This document shows positions 56,610 through 64,000 of a DNA stretch of 64,000 nt, in pieces. The stretch is from Nitrososphaerota archaeon (lineage in GTDB: Archaea > Thermoproteota > Nitrososphaeria_A > Caldarchaeales > Calditenuaceae), in contig JAVQSZ010000006.1 of assembly GCA_033581555.1 (NCBI GenBank), positions 1-64,000 of the forward strand, in the 5' to 3' direction. Numbering within the stretch: position 1 is the stretch's first letter; each line of letters begins with the position of its first letter. A program made the translations under genes and the position numbers. The notes under the pieces are model-generated. The model did not search any database. It had not been told where the DNA came from and saw only the letters and a list, made by a program, of their open reading frames with translations.

Positions 56610-57157
56610 AGCCGGCCGTCCTGCTGCTGATCGCACTCGCATCCGCCGGCACGACGAACTCGACCTCCTACTCACCGCCGGGCTTCGAGGTCTACGAGTT
56701 CAGCCAGCTGGTCTGCGTGATGCGGCAGGTCGGGGACTACAGGATCCAGGTGCTCCTCGAGCCCACCAACCCGATCGCGGGCTCTCCGACCAAGATCACC
56801 GCGGTGATCAGCACGCTGGACGGCAGGGCCGCGAGGGTCCACGTTGCGCTCCTGATCGCGACCGAGTTGCTCCCGGAGGACTTCATCAAGCCCGTCGAGG
56901 TGAGGAACGGCGTCTTCTCGGTCGAGCATGCGTTCCAGAGACCCGGCAGGTACGTCCTCGGGTTCATGGTCCTCGGTGAGAACGGCACCTACCTCGTCAA
57001 CGTCCCGGTCACCGTAATGGAGGGCAGCAGCGCCTTCCTTTCATCGCTCCTGGTCTTCTCGACGGTCCTCGCGGCCTTCTGGGGCGTCGCGGCACTCCTC
57101 AGCATCGCGTTGGTCAGGGAGAGGAGGCACCCGAAGGGATCAGCTCGCGGAGCTTGA
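56606..57157 (+). CDS. Exported Ig-like (YtkA/FixH-like) protein with C-terminal TM
   Basis: Signal peptide, P.AG, F.RPG.Y, C-terminal anchor; ATGA coupling to the SCO gene. Confidence 0.6.
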   Translation: MKPAVLLLIALASAGTTNSTSYSPPGFEVYEFSQLVCVMRQVGDYRIQVLLEPTNPIAGSPTKITAVISTLDGRAARVHVALLIATELLPEDFIKPVEVRNGVFSVEHAFQRPGRYVLGFMVLGENGTYLVNVPVTVMEGSSAFLSSLLVFSTVLAAFWGVAALLSIALVRERRHPKGSARGA

Positions 57158-57196
57158 CCCGTGAAGCCCTGCAGTTCCCCTGAAACCCCCGACGCC

Positions 57197-59764
57197 CTAC
57201 TGCGCAGGTGCCCTCCCGACCCTACGACTCCTCGGTGGCAACCCCTTGAGGACGAGAACGAGCGCGGACGACGCTATAGGGACTGAAAGAACTGCAGTCA
57301 TCAGAGACCAGACCAGAGAGGAGTTCGCGTCATCGACGACCGCCGACGACATCGAGGAGGAAGAGAGGGCTGCCCTGATCAGGACGTATCCGGTCCGGGG
57401 AGGGACTACGATCAGTCCGGAGTAGGTGTAGCCGGCCCTGTCGCGATACTGGCCGTCGAGCGCGTATTCGAAGCTCCGATCGCGGGCCGAGTTCAGGAGG
57501 ACTATCCCGTTCTCGAACCTCCTGACGAAGAGGGCACCCTGCCTGTCTCCGTTCACGACCTCAAGCCTACCCAGTGGCCTTCCGATGGGGAGATAGAAGT
57601 CCTCTAGGACGTATGATCTAAGATAACCGCGCTCATCGTCCCGGATGTGTACGTACGTGTTAGGCCCGTTGACCAAGTAAAGGGCCGCGACGACGAAGTT
57701 CACCACCCTCCTCACTTCGGGCCGCGCTCCTGCTGGGTTACTGTTCCATGCGTTGATGTAATCAAGTGGGAGCTCGTCCGCCAGCACGACGATCCTGTCC
57801 TTTGGGTAATCCCTGAGTGCCATAAACATGTCGTAGTAGATGCGAGAATCGTTGAAGAAACCTCTGAAGATCCGGGTGAAATATTCGAGAAAGATGCCGC
57901 CGTATCCGAACTCATTGAGCGTCTGGAACTGTAATTGGTCGAATACCCCCAGATTGGGGATGATCACCCTCTTCGGCTCCGGGTCGAGAAGACTCCTCTT
58001 AATCTCCCTCAACATATCGCGCAGAACGGGAAGCCTGTCCTCCCTTCGCGGATATTCAGAGGGGGGTTCGCCCTGCATGTCCCAGAGGTAGTAGAAGTTG
58101 AAGAAGTTGTCGTGGAAGAGGTGCGAGGAGAGCGTGGGGTTGTAGAAGCCTGCCATAATGTGGCGCTCCTCTATGCTCACTATCGCAGCTTTGACAGCTT
58201 CGGGGTTACCTATGTCGACCAGGAACTCACAGTACTTCTCCCTGACCACGTAACCTCCCCGTCCGTCGGGCCTGAGGTACCTAGTGTTCGTGGAATTGGT
58301 GAGCAACCATCCCTCATCGAAGCGCACCCGGTAATTATAATACGGAACGAATTCGTATACCGGCCTGCCGCCCTCCTGTCTGAGCATACAGGGAAGAGGA
58401 TTGCTGTCGTTTCGCCTGCTGGTCATGAGGGAAGGGTCGTTGAAATAATGTAAGTGCACCGACTCAGGCTTCAGGCCCTTCACGATCTTAGCCTCCACGT
58501 CACCCCCGAGCAGGAGGTCCATCCTCTGGGCGAGCTCCAGCACGTCAGTGTTCCAAATCTCGTTGTGGATCGCGGCCAGCTTGAAGTTGATTCGGTCCCT
58601 CCCTATGAGCGGAAGTCTCTTGACCGGCTCGGTCCTCAACACGAAGTTGTCGAGCCAGATAGTCCCTGAACATGCCCCGAAGCACGTTACATACACCAAA
58701 GCGTTGAAAGCAGCAGCGTTCTCCGGGACGACCGTCGAAAACGTCACCTGTCGCCAGTTAACCGACGAGTTCCGGGTCCTCAGGACCTCATGCCCGGAGA
58801 GGTATTCGTAATTGCCGTCCCTTCTGGCCAAAAAGTTGAACTGGACCCTTATCTCTAGATTCTCGACGACTGGGCTGGTCTTGTAGTGGAAGGTGAAGAC
58901 GACCGTATCGCCGGGCCTCGGGTAGTAGGCCGCGTATGCGGGATTCATGTTCCTTATCATCCTGGTGAGCAACATGAGGGTCGTGTCCTGTCCCGACTGG
59001 TCTGCCCTCCGTACGACGATTTTCTGGCTGCCGGCCCCGGACGCACGGTCTACGAAGTCGATGGAGAAGACCGCCTCCGCCCCTCTCAAGCCCCTTGGAT
59101 ACCGCTCCCAGTTCCACATGACCCAGAAGAGGTCCGAGACCGGAGCCCGGAAACCCCAGCCACTTATGTTCACTGAGGCCGTCTCGAGCTCGCCGAGCCC
59201 GCCGAAATAGTTGGTGATGTAGAGCCCGTGAGGCGTCGCGGTCTCCATGACGGTGTTGGACGGCCTGCTGACCGTGTTACCCCGAAAAGCCCTGACCCTG
59301 TAGTAGTAGGTCCTCTCTGCCTGAACGGTCCTGTCGGTGTAAGAGGCCTCGTTCTGACCGGTCCTCCCTATCGCTGAGAACGTCTGCCCATCATCGCTCC
59401 TCTCGACGACGAACCCCTCCTCGTCAACCGAGTTGTCCTGCCACGCGAGGGAGATGTGCCTGTAGTCAGCCCCAGTTACCCTGAGGTCGGTGGGGGGCGA
59501 GAGGGCCCACGTCACCGTAGTCGTGACCGTCCTAGTTACGGTCCTGTAATCGGTGGTGGTCTGCGTTCGCGTCTCGGTAACCCTAGTAGCCGAGGTAATA
59601 GTCTCGTGAAGCGTGATCGCCCTGGTCACCGTCAGCCCGATCGTGCTCGTCCTCCACTGGGTCTCCGTCTCGGTCTGTGTGATTACGGGCGCGGTGTAAC
59701 GGCCGAACGCGAAACTAGACACGAGTGCGAGGAGGACGACGATGACGGTCAGAGCAGTCTTCAC
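57197..59764 (-). CDS. Large cell-surface glycan-active protein: Thr linker, FN3, CBM-like domain, putative glycoside hydrolase, C-terminal TM
   Basis: LAWQDNS.DE.GF..ERS..YYYRVRA (FN3); W..V.F..IWLDN (CBM4/9-like); FHDN, FLE, PIGRP..RRFENGIVLLN (GHL15-like). Confidence 0.75.
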   Translation of the reverse strand: MKTALTVIVVLLALVSSFAFGRYTAPVITQTETETQWRTSTIGLTVTRAITLHETITSATRVTETRTQTTTDYRTVTRTVTTTVTWALSPPTDLRVTGADYRHISLAWQDNSVDEEGFVVERSDDGQTFSAIGRTGQNEASYTDRTVQAERTYYYRVRAFRGNTVSRPSNTVMETATPHGLYITNYFGGLGELETASVNISGWGFRAPVSDLFWVMWNWERYPRGLRGAEAVFSIDFVDRASGAGSQKIVVRRADQSGQDTTLMLLTRMIRNMNPAYAAYYPRPGDTVVFTFHYKTSPVVENLEIRVQFNFLARRDGNYEYLSGHEVLRTRNSSVNWRQVTFSTVVPENAAAFNALVYVTCFGACSGTIWLDNFVLRTEPVKRLPLIGRDRINFKLAAIHNEIWNTDVLELAQRMDLLLGGDVEAKIVKGLKPESVHLHYFNDPSLMTSRRNDSNPLPCMLRQEGGRPVYEFVPYYNYRVRFDEGWLLTNSTNTRYLRPDGRGGYVVREKYCEFLVDIGNPEAVKAAIVSIEERHIMAGFYNPTLSSHLFHDNFFNFYYLWDMQGEPPSEYPRREDRLPVLRDMLREIKRSLLDPEPKRVIIPNLGVFDQLQFQTLNEFGYGGIFLEYFTRIFRGFFNDSRIYYDMFMALRDYPKDRIVVLADELPLDYINAWNSNPAGARPEVRRVVNFVVAALYLVNGPNTYVHIRDDERGYLRSYVLEDFYLPIGRPLGRLEVVNGDRQGALFVRRFENGIVLLNSARDRSFEYALDGQYRDRAGYTYSGLIVVPPRTGYVLIRAALSSSSMSSAVVDDANSSLVWSLMTAVLSVPIASSALVLVLKGLPPRSRRVGRAPAQ

Positions 59765-59955
59765 GGTCGGCCCGGGCCGCCTATCACATTAAAGGTTTCC
59801 ATGACCTCTGTGAAGCAGGTTGACCTGACCCGGCGCGGCAAGCTCGGGACGCAGCGGGTGCGGAGGGCCCTGTGCTGGCCCGAAGAACCGTGAAAGGCGT
59901 TGGGGCATACTTCGGGACCGCGGATTTATACCGGTAGAGGCGTCGATGTGGGGAA

Positions 59956-60771
59956 GTGGCGAACAGGTGGGAGAGGAAGCTCTCGAGGCAGGAGGCGATC
60001 GCGGAGGTACGGAACAGGTTCCTCGAGAGGGACAGGTCGCTCGAGAGGGCGGCCTTCGAGGAGGTCTTCGACGCCCAGACCTTGATGACGGTCTACAGGC
60101 TGATGACCAGCGGCCTCATCGACGACATCCACGGCGTCGTCAACGCGGGGAAGGAGTCCAGGATCTACCACGCCAGGACCAGGAAGGGAGAGGAGCTGGC
60201 GGTGAAGATCTACCTCGTCAACAACAGGGAGTTCAGGAGGAGGTCCGAGTACTTGGCGATGGACTCGAGAGTCGGGAAGGTCGGGGGCTCGGTGAGGAAG
60301 ATAATCTACGCCTGGGCGAGGAGGGAGTTCCTGAACCTCCAGCAGGCTTTCTCGGCCGGCGTGAGGTGCCCGAAGCCCTACGCGGTCAGGGCGAACGTCC
60401 TCGTGATGGGGTTCCTCGGGAAGGACGGCATCAGGTACCCGCTCCTGAGGGAGCTCCAGCTCGGGAGGGAGGAGCTGGAGGAGGTCTACGATTCAGTCCT
60501 CGTGAACCTGAGGACGCTCTACGCAAGGGCTGAGCTGGTCCACGGCGACCTGAGCGAGTACAATCTGATGCTCGCCTCGACCGACGAGGTCTACTTCATC
60601 GACCTCTCGCAGTCCGTGTTGAAGGACCACCCGCTGGCCGAGAGGCTCCTCATGAGGGACATCAGGAACATCAACAGGTACTTCTACGCCCGCGGCGTTC
60701 GGGTCGTTGACGACGCAGACCTCTACGCGGAGCTCACCGGCTCCGAGCCTCCCCCGATACCTCCGTCCTGA
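59956..60771 (+). CDS. rio1: RIO1 serine kinase/ATPase
   Basis: GKES.IY, AVKIY, WA.RE..NL, VHGDLSEYN, IDLSQ. Confidence 0.93.
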   Translation: MANRWERKLSRQEAIAEVRNRFLERDRSLERAAFEEVFDAQTLMTVYRLMTSGLIDDIHGVVNAGKESRIYHARTRKGEELAVKIYLVNNREFRRRSEYLAMDSRVGKVGGSVRKIIYAWARREFLNLQQAFSAGVRCPKPYAVRANVLVMGFLGKDGIRYPLLRELQLGREELEEVYDSVLVNLRTLYARAELVHGDLSEYNLMLASTDEVYFIDLSQSVLKDHPLAERLLMRDIRNINRYFYARGVRVVDDADLYAELTGSEPPPIPPS

Positions 60772-60779
60772 GCGCGCCC

Positions 60780-61076
60780 TCAGACGCCGAGGACCTGCCT
60801 AATGATTGCCCTGTAGTCGACCGGTTGGACCTTCGAGCCCGGAGCGGGGAGGAGGTAAATCACGGGGACCGCGATCGCGGCCCTCAGTTCCGAGAGCCTC
60901 TGGGAGAACTCGGGGCCGTACTCGTCGCTGACCAGGATCAGGCCCACGTCGCCGGCGGAGATCAGCCTCCTGACCGCGGCTAGGGCCTCCTCAGAGCTGG
61001 AGGCCAGGACGGTCCCGGTCCCGGCGAGCCTCATCGCGGAGACGAAGGCCTCCCCGCCGACAGCCACGACCCTCAC
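60780..61076 (-). CDS. atpF: A/V-type ATP synthase subunit F
   Basis: VAVG..MRLAG, DVGLILV, P.I..LP, IIRQVLGV. Confidence 0.8.
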   Translation of the reverse strand: MRVVAVGGEAFVSAMRLAGTGTVLASSSEEALAAVRRLISAGDVGLILVSDEYGPEFSQRLSELRAAIAVPVIYLLPAPGSKVQPVDYRAIIRQVLGV

Positions 61077-61107
61077 GGCCCGGGCCCGAGGGAGCCTCGT
61101 GAAAAGC

Positions 61108-62163
61108 CTAACCCCGGCCCTTGGACGGCCTCCTGACCCTCGCGGCGAGGGCCTCGTAGAGCTCGGTCTTGACGGGCCTCTCGGGTATCAGCCCCTGCGG
61201 CCTGTAGAGGAGCACGGCCACGATCAGCGCGCCCATGACGGCGTACCTCAGGTAGGAGATGTCGAAGCCGACCGCGACGCCGAAGATCGCGAGCGTGCTC
61301 GCTTGTGAGAACCTCTCGAAGACCGCTAGGACCAGCGCCCCCACGACCGCGCCAACGTTGTTGGCGAGCCCCCCGAGAATGACCATCGTCAGGACGAAGA
61401 ACGTGAGTGCGGGGACGAAGTCGTCGGGGAAGATAGCCTGTGAGTAAAAGGTGTAGAGGGAGCCCGCGGCGCCCGCGATCGCCGAACCGATGAAGAGCAC
61501 CTGACCCCTGACCTTGGGCACGTCCTTCCCGAGCGAGTAGGCGGCGAGCTCGTCGTCCCTGACAGCCTTCATCACTCTCCCGAACGGAGAGTTGGTCAGC
61601 CTCTCGACGAGGAGGAAGACGAGAAGCGCGACGACCCCCGTGAGCGCGACGTAGAGCGTCATCGCCAGCGGAGGGTTCCTGAGGAAGACGAACGGGTTCG
61701 AGATCCCCGAGATCCCGAAGACGCCCCCGACGAGCGGCTGGTAGGTCCTGACGAAGACCCTGGCGGCCTCGCCGAAGATGAGGAGCGTGATCGAGAGCAT
61801 GCTCCCCTTCAGGGCCAGGGCCGGGTAGCTCGCGACGAACCCGAGGGCCCCAGCCACGAGGGAGCTCGCGACCAGCGAGAGGGCGAAGACCCCGACCGCG
61901 AGGAGCGGGTTGGACGCGGCCAGTTCCGTCCTCCTCGCAGCTGCCAGGGCGGATAGCGGGTCCTCGATCCCGAGAACCGAGTCGTAGATGTTGACTGTGA
62001 TGACGGTGCTGGTGATCGCGCCGACGAAGAAGAAGAGCACCTTACCGAGGTTCGGGACCCCGGTGAGGCCGTACTCGAGGTTCATGCTCAGAGAGAGGAT
62101 CACGTAGATCAGCAGGTAGAAGGTGAAGCTCTGGGCCAGGACGAGCGCGCCCTCGCCGATCAA
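61108..62163 (-). CDS. livM: Branched-chain amino-acid ABC permease
   Basis: NLEYGLTG, SPFGR..AVRDDE, LGG, PQGL. Confidence 0.9.
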   Translation of the reverse strand: MIGEGALVLAQSFTFYLLIYVILSLSMNLEYGLTGVPNLGKVLFFFVGAITSTVITVNIYDSVLGIEDPLSALAAARRTELAASNPLLAVGVFALSLVASSLVAGALGFVASYPALALKGSMLSITLLIFGEAARVFVRTYQPLVGGVFGISGISNPFVFLRNPPLAMTLYVALTGVVALLVFLLVERLTNSPFGRVMKAVRDDELAAYSLGKDVPKVRGQVLFIGSAIAGAAGSLYTFYSQAIFPDDFVPALTFFVLTMVILGGLANNVGAVVGALVLAVFERFSQASTLAIFGVAVGFDISYLRYAVMGALIVAVLLYRPQGLIPERPVKTELYEALAARVRRPSKGRG

Positions 62164-63062
62164 GGTTCCACCAGCCTCGCGAACCTATACCTGTTCCGGT
62201 AGAGGAGGACGCCAGCGATCGCGAAGTAGGGTATCAGGGGTTTGTACGCGGTCTCGAGACCGATGGCCCTGTTCAGGGCCCACATCCCGAGGTTCTCTGC
62301 GGTCCCTATCACGAACCCTCCCAGCAGCGTGAGCGGGAAGCTGGTGAAGTTGCCGATGATGGCCGCGGAGAAGACCCAGAGGAGCATCCTCCAGCCCGAC
62401 TCCGGGTTGATGCTGGTGTAGTAGGCCCAGAGGGCCCCCGAGACGCCCGCCAGGAAGCCCGTTAGGAGCCTCGTGATCGACCTTATACGCCATACCGGTA
62501 TCCCGCTGACCATCGCGAGGTCCCTGTTACTTGCTATCGCCCTCATCGCCTTCCCCACCTTCGTCCTCAGGATGAGGTAGGTGAGGCCCGCGACCGTCAA
62601 CGCCAGGGTCGTCAGGGCCAGGACGTGCAGGTTGGTCAATGGCCTGGTTCCCAGGAAGACGACGGGCTGGGAGCTGAACCCTGAGGAGAGGAAGAGGAGG
62701 TCCTCGACGTCGGCGTAGATCGAGAAGAGGTACCTGATCGTGAAGCTCGCGCCCACACTCGCTATGAAGACCTGGAGCAACGTCGCTCCCCTCCTCTCCA
62801 GCCTCTTGTAGGCCAGCTCGTCGACCGAGAGGGCGATCAGCGCTCCCGCGGCTCCGGCCAGGACCATCGAGGTGACAGGGTCGACCCTGCTGAGGGTGAG
62901 GAGGGCGGCGACGTAGCACCCGATCGTGATGTACTCGCCGATCGCGAAGTCCGCGAGCCTCGTGACAGAGTAGTTCATCGTGAGGCCCACGGCCGCCATC
63001 GCGTAGAGCGAGGAGGCCAGCAGCGTGGTGGGGAGCTGGCCGAGGGCTTCCTCGATCATCAC
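62160..63062 (-). CDS. livH: Branched-chain amino-acid ABC permease
   Basis: A.GLT, DFA.G, T.VGKAMRA..N..LA..SGI. Confidence 0.9.
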   Translation of the reverse strand: MMIEEALGQLPTTLLASSLYAMAAVGLTMNYSVTRLADFAIGEYITIGCYVAALLTLSRVDPVTSMVLAGAAGALIALSVDELAYKRLERRGATLLQVFIASVGASFTIRYLFSIYADVEDLLFLSSGFSSQPVVFLGTRPLTNLHVLALTTLALTVAGLTYLILRTKVGKAMRAIASNRDLAMVSGIPVWRIRSITRLLTGFLAGVSGALWAYYTSINPESGWRMLLWVFSAAIIGNFTSFPLTLLGGFVIGTAENLGMWALNRAIGLETAYKPLIPYFAIAGVLLYRNRYRFARLVEP

Positions 63063-63100
63063 CGAACCGGCTGAGAAACCGGGCCGGCCGTTAAAAAGTG

Positions 63101-63802
63101 CTACGTCCTCTGGAAGAAGACCGCTGCCAGGTCCAGACCGGCGACCCTCTCGCTCGCGTCGCTGAGGACCACCCTGCCTCCCACCATGACGAGCGTCCTC
63201 TCCGAATGGGAGATCGCCATCCTTGCGTGCTGCTCGATCAGCAGCATCGTCAGGCCGGACCTTCTGAGGGCGTCGACCTTCTCGTAGATCCTGTGGACCA
63301 TCTTGGGCGCGAGGCCCGCCGAGGGCTCGTCCATGATCACCAGCCTGGGCGACGTCATGAGGAGCCTAGACATGGCCAGCATCTGCCTCTCACCGCCGCT
63401 GAGCGTCCCGGCCCTCTGCTTCAGCCTGCCCGAGAGCTCCGGGAACATCTCGAGGACCTCCCTGATCCTAGCCCTCAGCTCCTCCCTCGACAGCGCGTAC
63501 CCTCCCATCTCGAGGTTCTCGAGGACCGTCATGTCTGGGAAGACGTTGTTGGTCTGGGGGAGATAGGCAATCCCCATCTTAACCCTCTCGGAGGGCGAGC
63601 GGCGCGTTATGTCCTGTCCGTCGAGGAGTATCGACCCTCCGAAGACGTTGGTGAGGCCGACCACGGTCTTGGCTAGCGTGCTCTTGCCCGAGCCGTTGGG
63701 GCCTATGATCGCGACCGTCTCGCCCTCTCTCAGGGAGAAGTCTACCTCAGTTACGATCGGAAGCTTGCCGTAACCTGCGGTGACTTTCCTCAGCTCCAGC
63801 AA
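63101..63802 (-). CDS. livF: Branched-chain amino-acid ABC ATPase
   Basis: GPNGSGKST, LSGGERQMLA, MDEPS.GLAP, EQ. Confidence 0.93.
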   Translation of the reverse strand: MLELRKVTAGYGKLPIVTEVDFSLREGETVAIIGPNGSGKSTLAKTVVGLTNVFGGSILLDGQDITRRSPSERVKMGIAYLPQTNNVFPDMTVLENLEMGGYALSREELRARIREVLEMFPELSGRLKQRAGTLSGGERQMLAMSRLLMTSPRLVIMDEPSAGLAPKMVHRIYEKVDALRRSGLTMLLIEQHARMAISHSERTLVMVGGRVVLSDASERVAGLDLAAVFFQRT

Positions 63803-63805
63803 CGC

Positions 63806-64000
63806 TCAGCTCGCCCCGATGCCGAGATAGGCCTCCACCACCCTCCTGTCCCTTACCGCGCCCGCTGGGTCTCCATCGTATATGATTCGGCCCTCGTGCA
63901 TAACTAGAACCCTTTGTACGTATTCGAGCAGTACATCCAGCTTGTGCTCTATTATGATGAAGGTAGTGGACGAGGTCCTGTTGATCGCCATGATGTGTCT
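63806..64000 (-). CDS. livG: Branched-chain amino-acid ABC ATPase, 3' part (truncated by the window)
   Basis: IIEH, V.HEG, VVEAYLG. Confidence 0.85.
   Translation of the reverse strand, partial: RHIMAINRTSSTTFIIIEHKLDVLLEYVQRVLVMHEGRIIYDGDPAGAVRDRRVVEAYLGIGAS

Noticed and set aside
59879-59916. CCCGAAG/CTTCGGG hairpin upstream of rio1 (similar ones near 34796-34824 and 1092-1105)
   Set aside because: 7-bp GC-rich stems are expected by chance at this GC content; no k-turn or ACA box
1-64000. CRISPR arrays, transposases, integrases, rRNA genes, defence systems
   Set aside because: None recognised in the sequence or ORF track

Overview
High-GC archaeal chromosome segment with a strong AGG-Arg codon bias. 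TACK markers (Alba, L7Ae, S28e, S17e, L34e, TFB, DUF1512, deoxyhypusine synthase, G1P dehydrogenase, GAPN) fit an Aigarchaeota/Nitrososphaerota-like thermophile; this placement is inference. About 65 CDS, mostly housekeeping, and one tRNA-Thr(UGU) with a canonical BHB intron. Normally conserved operons (nuo, A/V-ATPase, spc/secY, L7Ae-S28e-L24e, rio1) are scattered into small units. Accessory content: a crtI-crtB-lyeJ/crtEb carotenoid cluster, an AT-rich methyltransferase insertion, three GH130 domains next to gapN, and two lower-GC secreted Thr-linker proteins. Best candidates for undescribed systems: (i) a kinase-free module of exported OB-fold protein, duplicated-3TM receptor and wHTH regulator; (ii) a TackOD1 zinc-finger/dead-nuclease protein coupled to a processive GT2 synthase; (iii) a secreted His-rich 'HEHG' protein upstream of the GH130 genes. 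Also visible: a k-turn occluding the L7Ae ribosome-binding site, two unexplained structured intergenic elements and two operator-like palindromes. All calls come from motif recognition by eye; no searches were run, and several start codons are approximate.
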